Positions 17,683 to 26,274 of a stretch of DNA of 37,498 bases are shown here, piece after piece (within the stretch, counting starts at the first letter, position 1; each line of letters begins with the position of its first letter). The notes below the pieces were generated by a model, which worked only from the letters and a program-made list of their open reading frames with translations, searched no databases and had not been told where the DNA came from. The stretch spans positions 1 through 37,498 of the IMG/VR virus record IMGVR_UViG_3300033182_000772, one strand, 5' to 3'. Origin of the DNA: a virus. The position numbers and the translations under genes were made by a program.

Positions 17683-18257
17683 CAGAGTCTCGCCGTAATC
17701 CAGGAATCAGTCGGCGATTTCTGCGGGGGGCGCTCAAACGCGTTGGCCCGCCGGGCCTCTTTCTTGTTCTCGGCGTACCACCTCTTGGATTCTTCTTTCT
17801 TAGTGTTAGATTGCGTGATCTTTTCAGCAATCTCTACCGCTATGCGGGACGCCAGAAGATCCACGAACAGCGCGTCAAACTCTCCGGGGTCTGTGACCTT
17901 TTTGATGTAGATCAGATTTATAGGCGCGGTGTCATCCGTGAGGATATACCGCCCCTCGATCTGCCAGTCGTCTTGCTGGGACGTACCGTCAACACCATTG
18001 GTCGGGAGAATGCGCAAGCAGTCCGACGGCATCAGATATCGCTTGGCATATCCAAAAACCGGGTCAGTGCTATCAGCCGCGACCTTAACCCGAGCGCGGG
18101 CAAAGTTCCAGGGGTGCGCTCGCAACTCTGAGTCCCGGCTTTGCTCATACACGCGGTTACACGCGCGGCCCGCGACAGTGTCTTCCGTCAAAGAAACAAT
18201 GGGTTTCGCGCCAAGGCGTTGCAGAGCGAGATTACATATACTGACAGCGTCAGTCAT
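17682..18257 (-). CDS. Tail tubular protein A / adaptor-gatekeeper (T7 gp11-like)
   Basis: 191 aa from Met16 (MTDAVSICNLALQRLGAKPIVSLTEDT...HPWNFA). The pattern parallels the recalled T7 gp11 N-terminus (VNDILASIGEPPVSTLEGD...GWTFN). Confidence 0.8.
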   Translation of the reverse strand: MTDAVSICNLALQRLGAKPIVSLTEDTVAGRACNRVYEQSRDSELRAHPWNFARARVKVAADSTDPVFGYAKRYLMPSDCLRILPTNGVDGTSQQDDWQIEGRYILTDDTAPINLIYIKKVTDPGEFDALFVDLLASRIAVEIAEKITQSNTKKEESKRWYAENKKEARRANAFERPPQKSPTDSWITARL

Positions 18258-18309
18258 ACGGGGTCTCTCTGAATGCGAGCAGGGGCCGGAGCCCCTGCTC
18301 AAGTTTCAC

Positions 18310-18819
18310 TCAGTCGACCACATACTCGATGATCCACGACAGATCACCGGCTGCAGCGGTAGCCGCACCAGTGCTCGCCGTGAGCGAGATGTAGTATTGG
18401 GCATCATGCGAAGCCTTGGTGTCGCCAGCATCGAGATACAGCTTCTGGCCGATCTCATTGATGTTGCGAGCCTCGTTCACATAATCCGTCAGAGCCGTGG
18501 CAGCCTGACCGAGCGTGATCGCCGAAGCAAACGCGTCGGCGTCTTTCACGCTACCCGACGTATCGTAGACACCAACGTTCCACGCCAAGGTCGGCGTGCC
18601 GTCGCTATCCAGATCGTCGGCCGCAAGCCACAGCCGGACAATGGACGCCTCAGCCGGGAGTACGTCCAGATGGACGACGTCACTGGTGTCGAGGTTCGTG
18701 GTTGCGAGAGCCACCGTACCCTGGGCTACGCGGATACGACCATGCGAATGGTGTACCGCGTTCATGACCCGCGGAGACGACTCGAAGTTTGAGATACGAT
18801 CAGTATCTTTGGTGCTCAT
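18310..18819 (-). CDS. Structural protein immediately after the capsid gene (possible capsid decoration/cement protein)
   Basis: 169 aa, beta-rich-looking sequence. The role is assigned by position only. Confidence 0.6.
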   Translation of the reverse strand: MSTKDTDRISNFESSPRVMNAVHHSHGRIRVAQGTVALATTNLDTSDVVHLDVLPAEASIVRLWLAADDLDSDGTPTLAWNVGVYDTSGSVKDADAFASAITLGQAATALTDYVNEARNINEIGQKLYLDAGDTKASHDAQYYISLTASTGAATAAAGDLSWIIEYVVD

Positions 18820-18832
18820 GCGTCAGTCCTCC

Positions 18833-19699
18833 TTACGCTTCGGAGCAGGTGATGGCGACCACCTTCTTCTCTTCGACACGCGTCGCACCGAAGGTGCCCT
18901 TGACGTACACCTGGGTCGAGTAGGACTTGTCGTCCCGCTCGGAGATCCGGACGTTGATATCGTTCCAGATACCGAGGTGCAGACCAGACTTGGCCCAGCA
19001 GATAACCGTACGGTCAGTGCCCGACAAAGCAAGACGCTGGCTGTCGATGAAGTTGAAGCCCATGAACGACTTGATGCGACCATCCACGAGGACCGGCTTG
19101 TTGGTGAAGTCGAGGCTGATAGCCTGCGTCTGACCAAGCAGATCATCGTGCTGCTGCGCGCCAATCGCACAATAGAGCGGTTCGTTGTCCACGTCGACCT
19201 CAGCCTCAATGAGCAGCTGCATGGCCTCCCGGAGCTTGGCGACCGTCAGACCACCGGAAGTGGTGGCTGCAGTCTGTGCGGCCGGGAAGCTCGTCGAGGT
19301 AGACCCGTCCTCACCCGTCAGCGCTGTACCGGTCGCGGCCGAGATGATCAGATCATCAATGGCCCGGCCGAGCGCCATGGCGCCGTTGATCGCATAAGGC
19401 GAAGTCGGATCCGCGATAACGCGGAGCTTGTCCTGGTCGTCGATAAGGTCGGCCCACTCGTAGTCCGAGGGGAAGACCCAGCGCCGATCCTGGGGGGTTT
19501 CGATGAGAGGCGTGTCAGCGTGCCGCGTGGTGCGGAGCTGAGCAGTCACTGCGCCGAGCTGGTTGACAGCAGCCCCGGACTTGCCGTGGTAGTTGTCCTC
19601 CATAACAGCAGAACGGAGCTTGGACCCGCGCTGCTGAAGAAGATGCTCGACGGTCGACTTGTAGTCAATTACTGACCAATCAAGGATTTCGTTCGACAT
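18833..19699 (-). CDS. Major capsid protein
   Basis: 288 aa from Met37 (MSNEILDWSVIDYKSTVEHLLQQRGSKLRSAV...). GAAGG ~10 nt upstream. Follows portal and scaffold. The N-terminal pattern resembles recalled P22-coat/HK97-fold capsid families. Confidence 0.85.
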   Translation of the reverse strand: MSNEILDWSVIDYKSTVEHLLQQRGSKLRSAVMEDNYHGKSGAAVNQLGAVTAQLRTTRHADTPLIETPQDRRWVFPSDYEWADLIDDQDKLRVIADPTSPYAINGAMALGRAIDDLIISAATGTALTGEDGSTSTSFPAAQTAATTSGGLTVAKLREAMQLLIEAEVDVDNEPLYCAIGAQQHDDLLGQTQAISLDFTNKPVLVDGRIKSFMGFNFIDSQRLALSGTDRTVICWAKSGLHLGIWNDINVRISERDDKSYSTQVYVKGTFGATRVEEKKVVAITCSEA

Positions 19700-19843
19700 T
19701 TGAAGAACCTTCTTCTGTCTGTTGCTACAAAAAAAGCTACAGGCTTGTCCGAAGGTTATCGGGGCCACTACTCGGATCACCGGTCGGCCCACGCGGGTTA
19801 TCGACACGACCCTTTCGACACCAAAATGGTGCGCTCACGCGTC

Positions 19844-19872
19844 ATACTAGCCCGCAATACGAGAGCGTTCAA
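19844..19872 (-). promoter_or_regulatory. Sigma70-like promoter candidate for the capsid gene
   Basis: Minus strand reads TTGAAC (19872..19867), a 17-nt spacer, then TAGTAT (19849..19844). It would give a ~135-nt leader before the capsid ATG at 19699. Confidence 0.35.
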
Positions 19873-20118
19873 CCCCTAACTCTCATACCAGAAAAACTCT
19901 ACTGAGGCATCTACCGACTTTTGACTGTTATTGGTAATTCGTACCAGATATTTGGTGGACACTTTCAGTATCCATTCGATAGGCGCCGCGCTCCATCCAC
20001 CACCCTATCTATGGCCTTCTGGCATGAGAGTGTATTCTATCTGGGTGCCTACATCAGTCACTGTTGGTGTATGAGTGATGACCAAATCCGCGGTATCTCC
20101 AGCGTGTCGTTCACGCTC

Positions 20119-20301
20119 TTAAGCCGTGCCAGAGTCGTTATCACTCTCCTGTGCGGACGTGCGTTTACGTCGTCTTCGAACGACCTTCTTAGTATAACCG
20201 TTCTCAATGAAATCCGCAAACTTATCCGCAACCTCGATGGCCATGTCCGCGTCAGCGACGAACACGGCCAGTTTCAGTGCCTCGAGACGTACCTGTTTCA
20301 T
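20119..20301 (-). CDS. Small hypothetical protein
   Basis: 60 aa. ATGA overlap with the scaffold stop. Basic tail KKVVRRRRKR. Confidence 0.5.
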   Translation of the reverse strand: MKQVRLEALKLAVFVADADMAIEVADKFADFIENGYTKKVVRRRRKRTSAQESDNDSGTA

Positions 20302-21161
20302 GCCGCGATACCCGCTGCCAGCTTGGACAGCCGCGTCTTCTTCTCGACTGCTGCCTTATGGCCTGGGTGAGACTTGTCCAGCCACGCGTCCATGAACTCG
20401 CGGTTCATCTGCAGCTCATTCATGGCCTGCGTCGCCTGCTCGGGGGTCAGCACACCGGTGACGTTTTCGCCACCCTCGTCAAAGTCATGGTCCCCCATCT
20501 TCGTATTGAGCCCGTCGACAAACCTCATCGCCTCGACCGGCCCCATCGCCGAACGAAGGCCCTCCAGCTGGTCTGTGGTAATACCCAGTTTCTCAGCCGC
20601 TGCATTGATGCCAGACACCTTGGTGTCGTAGGCAGCGCCCCACTCCTTACGGAGAGTGGCCTCGGCCTCGTTCGCCGACACAACGTCGGCGTCGCTCTGC
20701 TGCTGTACAGCCTGCGCACGGAAGTCCTCCCACTTTGAAGCCAGAAGCGCAGCCTGTTTGGAGGTCAGCCCGGCCTCGAAGAACGTATTGCTGGCCCAGT
20801 CGGCAAAGCTGTTATCCCCACCCTCCGGCGCAACAAGACCGTAGTCCTTGGCCTCTTTCGGACGGCCGAGCTTGCTGTAGAAGGCCGAGACGTCCTCCGG
20901 TGAGGCGTCGTCGCCAAGCAGCGTCACCGTGCGCCCGGCCTTGTCGGCACCGAACAGTTTCTCCAGATTGTGGTAACTGGTTACCACATTCTCGAAGTTG
21001 CCCTTGTGCAGACCCTTGTTCTCGGCCCACGCGCGTGTTTCGGCATTCTCGATGCTGTCAATCCACGGCGCTGACGTTGTTGCGTCCGGCGCCTGTATCG
21101 TATCACCCCCGCCCTCTGCGGGCGGGTTACCCGTATCAACGGACCCGGTATCTTCGGACAT
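20298..21161 (-). CDS. Scaffolding protein (by position and composition)
   Basis: 287 aa, acidic, Ala/Glu/Asp-rich. Lies between the portal and capsid genes (T7 gp9 position). Confidence 0.65.
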   Translation of the reverse strand: MSEDTGSVDTGNPPAEGGGDTIQAPDATTSAPWIDSIENAETRAWAENKGLHKGNFENVVTSYHNLEKLFGADKAGRTVTLLGDDASPEDVSAFYSKLGRPKEAKDYGLVAPEGGDNSFADWASNTFFEAGLTSKQAALLASKWEDFRAQAVQQQSDADVVSANEAEATLRKEWGAAYDTKVSGINAAAEKLGITTDQLEGLRSAMGPVEAMRFVDGLNTKMGDHDFDEGGENVTGVLTPEQATQAMNELQMNREFMDAWLDKSHPGHKAAVEKKTRLSKLAAGIAA

Positions 21162-21162
21162 C

Positions 21163-21414
21163 TTACTCTCCTTGGGGGTTAAAGTATCTCCACATCTGCT
21201 CTTCAGTCATGTTCAGATGCCGTGAGATGCGTAGCCACACCTCCCGGCGCCCCTGAAGGATACCCTCCACTCGAGGGTCTTTATCGAACGTGCTTTCGCC
21301 CGCTCGGCAGAACTTTGCAAGGTCTTCAAGCACCTCCTGGGCCGGCACGCCCTTGAAGGTCTTGCGGTACGCCTGTGCGCGTGATTTGAGATAGTCCCGT
21401 TTGCGGTCTGCCAC
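21163..21414 (-). CDS. Small conserved phage protein after the portal gene (recalls Bbp19-like family)
   Basis: 83 aa. Its start abuts the portal stop. The pattern FKG..AQEVLEDLAKFCRA...GRREVWLRI resembles a recalled family. Function unknown. Confidence 0.6.
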   Translation of the reverse strand: MADRKRDYLKSRAQAYRKTFKGVPAQEVLEDLAKFCRAGESTFDKDPRVEGILQGRREVWLRISRHLNMTEEQMWRYFNPQGE

Positions 21415-23027
21415 TACTGCAATGCTTTCATTACACCTGCTGCGGCCGGCGCCGCTTCAACAATCTGCTGCACTGTCTGATCCTGCTCACGACGTTGCCG
21501 ACGCTCGTCGATCTCGTCCGGCGAACGCAACCACGAGGACGGCACCGCATTGATCTCTGCCAGCTCCCGGTAGATGGTGTCCGAGTCGAACTGATCCAGC
21601 ACGGACAAGTCCTGCGTCGTGTTCGCATAGGCAATGGCGCCCTCGAGTGTGCGCATCCAACCCGCTGCCTCCTCGGCACGCTGGGCGCGGCTGAGTGGGC
21701 TGTCATACTGAATCTCGTACTCACCCTCTGCTTCCGCCAAAACCGGCGGCATGGGTGGCAGGAGTCCCTGCTGCGACATCAGGTCCAGCTCGCGCTCGAC
21801 CATCGGCCCCAACAGCTCGGACTGCTGACGCCCCATCGTCGGTGACAGCAACGCGCCTTTCTCCCGTGCGCGCTCAAGCACCTCCGTAGCCGTCATGGCC
21901 GGGGTCTCCACCAAAATCTGGAACAGCGACACCAGGAACGCGTCGTTGATAACCTGACGCTCCATGTCCATCAGCTCCTGCCCGGCCGCAAGATTGCCTA
22001 CAGGTAGCGCCTGCACGAGCGCCCGCCCATCGGCATTTACGCCCCCAGGGTTCGTCGACCCTGGCTGCAGGCTGATGGTGTCCAGCACCCCGTCGTCGTG
22101 CGTCAGCAGCACCGGGTCGACCGTACGGTGGCCCTGCTTGAGCATGGTCTTCTTCTGCTCGTTCAGCACCTTGATTGATGGCAACGCGAACATTGCGGGT
22201 GACCGGCCGTACTTCTCACCGGGACCCGTGACATAGCGCGAGATGGAATACGGGAACGTATTATAGCCACCTTCGCTGAGCAGGTGTTTGCCCTCACACG
22301 CAACATAGTAGGACGCGTAGGGCTTACCCCGCATGTCAGACCGCGTCGGGTCCATTTCCTTGCGGGGGCGAATGCAATGGATGATATCGAACCGCTTGTC
22401 CGGGTTCTCCTTGACGGCCTTCGTCACCGCGTCCGGCAAGTCTGTGTAGCGCCCCTCGTCGAGCCGCTGCTGCATCTGCCGCGCCGTCAGCTGGAACTTG
22501 CGGTAGCTCGTGTCCACGATGCCCTGGTGGTTCACGTCGAACATGATCTCCCGAAGATCTATCGCTCGATACCGCAGTCCTCCAAGGTCGTGCCGATCTG
22601 TGAACATGACGGATGTCCCGAACGCGCCCAGCCCGACATACACCTCGTGCTGCTGGCTGGCGTAGTTCGCTTTCGGAGCGTAGCGTTCCCTGAACAGCCG
22701 CCGGTTGACTTCCTCGAACCACAGCTTGACGTCGTGGTCCTTCTGGAGCTCCGGGTCGGTCGGTGTCAGATGGTGCCACTTCTGCCCCCGCGGCGTGAGC
22801 ATGCTCTCCATCGCCGCGGCGAACCGCTCCAGCGCCAGCGCCGCCGTGCTGTCGACCATCTTCTCCGTGCGCTTGTTGCCGCGGGTGTTGTACTGAGTAC
22901 TCGCCTGCATGTTCTCGGAATACCGCGGCAGCACGCGCTCAGCGATCTCCGTCCAGTGGTTCTCCCACACGACCCGCTCATAGTAGAGCTGGTCATAGCG
23001 CTTTATGACATGCTCCGCGATGTTCAA
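21414..23027 (-). CDS. Portal protein
   Basis: 537 aa. TTG start with GGGAGA 5 nt upstream. Size and position (after terL, before scaffold and capsid) fit a portal. The N-terminal R..QL..ER...E.HW.EIAE...P pattern is typical of podovirus portals. Confidence 0.85.
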   Translation of the reverse strand: MNIAEHVIKRYDQLYYERVVWENHWTEIAERVLPRYSENMQASTQYNTRGNKRTEKMVDSTAALALERFAAAMESMLTPRGQKWHHLTPTDPELQKDHDVKLWFEEVNRRLFRERYAPKANYASQQHEVYVGLGAFGTSVMFTDRHDLGGLRYRAIDLREIMFDVNHQGIVDTSYRKFQLTARQMQQRLDEGRYTDLPDAVTKAVKENPDKRFDIIHCIRPRKEMDPTRSDMRGKPYASYYVACEGKHLLSEGGYNTFPYSISRYVTGPGEKYGRSPAMFALPSIKVLNEQKKTMLKQGHRTVDPVLLTHDDGVLDTISLQPGSTNPGGVNADGRALVQALPVGNLAAGQELMDMERQVINDAFLVSLFQILVETPAMTATEVLERAREKGALLSPTMGRQQSELLGPMVERELDLMSQQGLLPPMPPVLAEAEGEYEIQYDSPLSRAQRAEEAAGWMRTLEGAIAYANTTQDLSVLDQFDSDTIYRELAEINAVPSSWLRSPDEIDERRQRREQDQTVQQIVEAAPAAAGVMKALQ

Positions 23028-23028
23028 C

Positions 23029-23373
23029 TCAATCTCCCAGCAACGTCTTCACCGCTATGGTGGTCCCACCCAATACGCCCTGCGCGCTGGTCATGATAGT
23101 GGACTGGCGCCCCACGGCCCCCGCGCGGCGCAGGCGGCTGTCTACGTCATCGTCCGTCCTGCGACGGGACGGGATCGGCTGCTTCACCGGGTCAGGTGCC
23201 ACGGGGTCGGGCGTACCCACAAAACCACCCGCGATCCCCGGGCGCGTTGCCGCAACGAACGGCGGTGGCGAGACGACAAAGCCGCCCGCTCTGCCGGGAC
23301 GAGTAGCGGGGCCACCATTCTCGTTCTCTACAAAACCACCCGCGATCCCCGGGCGCCTGATCCTATTGGGCAT
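23029..23373 (-). CDS. Pro/Gly-rich small protein, paralogue of 23375..23584
   Basis: 114 aa from Met15 (MPNRIRRPGIAGGFV...). Contains three RPG(I/R)AGGFV repeats. The C-terminus GRQSTIMTSAQGV...KTLLGD matches the C-terminus of the neighbouring ORF. Confidence 0.65.
   Translation of the reverse strand: MPNRIRRPGIAGGFVENENGGPATRPGRAGGFVVSPPPFVAATRPGIAGGFVGTPDPVAPDPVKQPIPSRRRTDDDVDSRLRRAGAVGRQSTIMTSAQGVLGGTTIAVKTLLGD
23218..23355 (-). repeat. Intragenic triple repeat with two identical 27-mers
   Basis: ACAAAACCACCCGCGATCCCCGGGCGC occurs at 23218..23244 and 23329..23355 (111-nt spacing). A degenerate copy lies at 23275..23300. Confidence 0.9.
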
Positions 23374-23374
23374 A

Positions 23375-23584
23375 TCAGCTGCCCAACAGCGTCTTGGCCG
23401 CCGGTGTGACCTCATCGGTCACGCCCTGGCCGCTTGTCAGAATAGTCTGCGCCCGGCCGGTGGCCCTGGCCCGACGCTGTCGCTCCCTGAGCGCCGCTTC
23501 CTGCACGTCCTTGTCCGACCGGGTGGGTGGCGGCGGTGCGGGCGCGACGGGTGGGGGGCTCGGTGAACTGAAAAGACCGCCCAT
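23375..23584 (-). CDS. Pro-rich small protein (MGGLF... N-terminus)
   Basis: 69 aa from Met47 of ORF 23375..23722. Strong SD AGGAGAGG upstream. The longer form would run through the terL terminator. The C-terminus is [13 protein letters not shown]...KTLLGS. Confidence 0.65.
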   Translation of the reverse strand: MGGLFSSPSPPPVAPAPPPPTRSDKDVQEAALRERQRRARATGRAQTILTSGQGVTDEVTPAAKTLLGS

Positions 23585-23620
23585 ACAACCTCTCCTACTA
23601 AATCGTTGCGACACTACCAT

Positions 23621-23651
23621 AAAAAAACCCGCCCGTGCAAGCACGAGCGGG
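23621..23651 (-). terminator. Rho-independent terminator downstream of terL
   Basis: Minus strand reads CCCGCUCGUGC-UU-GCACGGGCGGG (11-bp stem including one G-U pair) followed by U7. Confidence 0.7.
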
Positions 23652-23687
23652 TGGGTAAGTGAGATCAGGGAGGAGAACTCTAGGAAG

Positions 23688-25223
23688 TCAGGCGAATATA
23701 TCGTAATCCACGTCACGCGCAACCCTATTTCTCGCGCGCCGTCTGGACGTCAACGCATCGCGCCTCGACACGGGCCTGCTGAACGTCATCGCCAGCGCGT
23801 CCGCGTAGTCAGGCGACGCGAACCCCTCACGCGCCATCTTCTCCTTCGGCCATAGCGCTATCTGCCCATTAGTCTTGTGCGAGTACAACATGGACGACAG
23901 GTCGCCGATCAGCTCGTCCTCGTCCGGCAGGCATGCCGACGACAGCCAGTCGCGCATGCGCGCCCACAACTCGGTCCTGTGCAGATAGTAGGCGCTACTG
24001 TCCTGCGCCTGCTTGCCCACGAGCACCTCGATCACGCGGTACCCCTGCGCCCGCAGCAGCTCGATCACCGGCCCGCCGACCCCATCCCCCTCCACGAACA
24101 CATGGTCCGGCCTGTATCGCTCGATGGCCTCCGCACAATACGCGGCCAGCTCGCCCGTGCTACACTTGGGATACACAATCGGCGGGATCGTCCGCGCGTC
24201 CGGCCCCTGCCTGAACCGTATCACCGCCTTATCCCGGCCCATGCGCGCCGGGTCGACCCCCATCAACAGCGGCGCCCCGTTGTCCGGCACAAGCTCTCTC
24301 GCCACCGCGTCATCAATCTCCCCCCGGCTGATAAAATTATTATCACCCTGCCGCGGGAACTGCCCATACACCTCGACCCGCGCCTGGTCGCTGTCCGGTC
24401 CATACTGCCGGATAATCCCCTCATACAGCGCCGGGTCGTTTTCCGCCACGGACCGCCCGTCAATAGTCGCGTGGTTCCACTGGTCCCGGTTGCCGTGGAA
24501 ACATTCAAAGAACTCGCCGGACGGGTTACGCGGGTTGCTGATGGCCACCCAGAACCTGTGTATCGTCTTGTCCGTGAAATACCCCTGAGCGACCGGCCAG
24601 ATACAACTCGGGATGCCGCTGGCCTCGTCGAACAGGACCGCCATAGCCCTCTGGCTATGCACGCCCGCATACGCGTCCGGCGACTCCTCGCTCCAGAGCC
24701 GGGCCTGGATGTACCAGTATGCGTCATCATACCCCGTCGTCCGCTTGAGGCTCTCGATCAACCACTCGGCCGGGCGCAGGCTCATAGCCGCGTGCTCGTA
24801 CCACCGGCTGTTGATAGCCATTGTCGCCCACTTGCGTATCTCCGGGAACGTGGTTGACTTCAGCTGCTGCTCCGTATTCGCGCTCACAACAACCGTGCTG
24901 CTCGGCAGGCACGAGAACATCCACGTTGCCACCCACGCCAGAAATGCAGACTTGCCGATACCACGCCCGCTCGCCCTCGCCAGCTTCATAAGCTCGGGGC
25001 TGCCGCCTTTTGCGATAGCGTCGCGGTTGGCCCGAATGTGGTCCCGCATGTCCCTGAGCGCCTCGAGCTGCCACTTTCTGGGTCCGGCGTGGTTGGCCAG
25101 AGGTGTGTTGGGTCGCCCCCACGGGAACGCATAAAGCACATACCCGAGGGGGTCGTCCTGAAACTCAAGCATCTTCAACAGCAACTGCTGCTCGTCAGGG
25201 TGGGCCTCTGCCTTCTTTGCCAT
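23688..25223 (-). CDS. terL: Terminase large subunit
   Basis: 511 aa. P-loop-like [10 protein letters not shown] near residue 85. The length and architecture are consistent with an N-terminal ATPase and a C-terminal nuclease. Lies directly upstream of the portal module. Confidence 0.88.
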   Translation of the reverse strand: MAKKAEAHPDEQQLLLKMLEFQDDPLGYVLYAFPWGRPNTPLANHAGPRKWQLEALRDMRDHIRANRDAIAKGGSPELMKLARASGRGIGKSAFLAWVATWMFSCLPSSTVVVSANTEQQLKSTTFPEIRKWATMAINSRWYEHAAMSLRPAEWLIESLKRTTGYDDAYWYIQARLWSEESPDAYAGVHSQRAMAVLFDEASGIPSCIWPVAQGYFTDKTIHRFWVAISNPRNPSGEFFECFHGNRDQWNHATIDGRSVAENDPALYEGIIRQYGPDSDQARVEVYGQFPRQGDNNFISRGEIDDAVARELVPDNGAPLLMGVDPARMGRDKAVIRFRQGPDARTIPPIVYPKCSTGELAAYCAEAIERYRPDHVFVEGDGVGGPVIELLRAQGYRVIEVLVGKQAQDSSAYYLHRTELWARMRDWLSSACLPDEDELIGDLSSMLYSHKTNGQIALWPKEKMAREGFASPDYADALAMTFSRPVSRRDALTSRRRARNRVARDVDYDIFA

Positions 25224-25237
25224 CTACCTTTCCCTCT

Positions 25238-25277
25238 AAAAATTTCCCAAAAATTTTAAAAAATTTTAAAAAATTTT
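25238..25277. repeat. Helically phased A-tract/T-tract array (intrinsic bend candidate)
   Basis: Sequence AAAAATTTcccAAAAATTTTAAAAAATTTTAAAAAATTTT. A-tract starts at 25238, 25249, 25258 and 25268 (11/9/10-bp phasing). It ends 15 nt upstream of the terL ATG. Confidence 0.9.
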
Positions 25278-25332
25278 AGGTCAGACGAGGCGGCAAGGGA
25301 CCATATTTATGGCCACGCGCGCGCGCCGCCGG

Positions 25333-25364
25333 CCCCCGCCCCCCCGGCACCCCCCGCCCGACCC
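25333..25364 (-). other. G-quadruplex-type motif on the sense strand
   Basis: Minus strand reads GGGTCGGGCGGGGGGTGCCGGGGGGGCGGGGG. That is five G-runs of at least 3 with loops of 1-4 nt. Confidence 0.5.
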
Positions 25365-25429
25365 AAAAACCGGAACGCGCGGCGAGAAACCGCCCCGCGA
25401 CGCACCTGCATCTTTGATGTGTCAACCCG

Positions 25430-25852
25430 TCACTCAGGGGCGACATAGCGTGCCGCGTCGGACGTGGTTGGCGCAGCGTCGGACGTGGTGAGCGCAGACT
25501 CGCCAGCGTCGAACGTGGCTGGTGCCAGCTCGCCAGCGTCGGGCACCTCGTCCGGCGTTACGTCGATCAACATACGCTCCGCCCGCTCGTTCAAGGCGCG
25601 CAAGTTTTGCTCCGCGGCCAGCATTGCAGCGCCCAAGTCAACGGCATGGTGCGTGACCTCGACGTGCGCTTGTTGTGGGACGCATTTGGCCACAAGACTG
25701 ACGTATGCCGCCGGATGCTCATTGGCCAGGCGTGTGAGGTAGGACTTGTCGCGGCTTATGCGTAGGAAGTGCATCGCAATCGTGTTGCGGATGGTCGCGC
25801 CGTTCTGGCTTTGAGACTGAGCTTGTTTCTTGGCTGGTAGCTTCCGGGCCAT
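25430..25852 (-). CDS. Terminase small subunit candidate (by position)
   Basis: 140 aa, the first gene of the leftward late block and directly upstream of terL. Basic N-terminus and acidic repetitive C-terminus. No diagnostic motif recognised. Confidence 0.5.
   Translation of the reverse strand: MARKLPAKKQAQSQSQNGATIRNTIAMHFLRISRDKSYLTRLANEHPAAYVSLVAKCVPQQAHVEVTHHAVDLGAAMLAAEQNLRALNERAERMLIDVTPDEVPDAGELAPATFDAGESALTTSDAAPTTSDAARYVAPE
25455..25545 (-). repeat. Degenerate tandem repeats in the 3' end of the terS-like gene
   Basis: GCGTCGGACGTGGT at 25455 and 25476 (21-nt units). GCGTCGAACGTGG at 25506 and GCGTCGGGCAC at 25536. They encode the repeats (T/F/P)xDA(A/G). Confidence 0.6.
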
Positions 25853-25942
25853 TTGTCTTCCCTAAATGTTACAAACTGTTACATTGTTCACGGAATAGGG
25901 TGGTAGCATAATACCACTTTTCAACCGGCGCAAATTTAGTGC

Positions 25943-25971
25943 TTGACGAGGTGACATAGCGTCACTAGATT
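25943..25971 (+). promoter_or_regulatory. Sigma70-like promoter of the rightward accessory operon with an embedded palindrome
   Basis: TTGACG (25943..25948), a 17-nt spacer, then TAGATT (25966..25971). The spacer contains the inverted repeat GTGAC-atagc-GTCAC (25952..25965). Confidence 0.5.
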
Positions 25972-26030
25972 TGCTGTTTCCCAAGCGGGTTAACGCTCGA
26001 ACCTGAAACCGAACAAAAGGGATTTGAACG

Positions 26031-26243
26031 ATGGGTTATTCACTAACGATGGTGCCGTTTTTAACCGAGGATGTAACCATCATCCCCCATACTGCCACTA
26101 ATGCCGCGCATATTGGCCGCCGGGTATCAATTCGCAAGTTTGCGAAGCGGCGCCCGGTTAGCTTGTGGCAGCGCGACGACAACAAAGAATACGTGGCCAA
26201 AACAACAGGCGGCGAATTTATGGCGGGGCCGCTAGCAAAATAG
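26031..26243 (+). CDS. Hypothetical protein
   Basis: 70 aa. Preceded by the conserved leader GAACCTGAAACCGAACAAAAGGGATTTGAACG, which is also found before 27705. Confidence 0.6.
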   Translation: MGYSLTMVPFLTEDVTIIPHTATNAAHIGRRVSIRKFAKRRPVSLWQRDDNKEYVAKTTGGEFMAGPLAK

Positions 26244-26274
26244 CCTATTTCACCACAAAAAACGGAGGGACCGC

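Noticed and set aside
19700-20118. tRNA or other classical RNA gene in the long spacer (also checked in 25224..25429 and 28569..28869)
   Set aside because: Scanning by eye found no GTTCGANNC-type T-loop flanked by complementary 5-bp arms and no acceptor-stem pairing. tRNAscan/Infernal would be the definitive test.
19921-20370. 149-aa plus-strand ORF in the long capsid-upstream spacer
   Set aside because: It has no SD and runs antisense into two minus-strand genes (20119..20301 and the scaffold 3' end). The spacer is treated as non-coding, but RNA-seq should confirm this.
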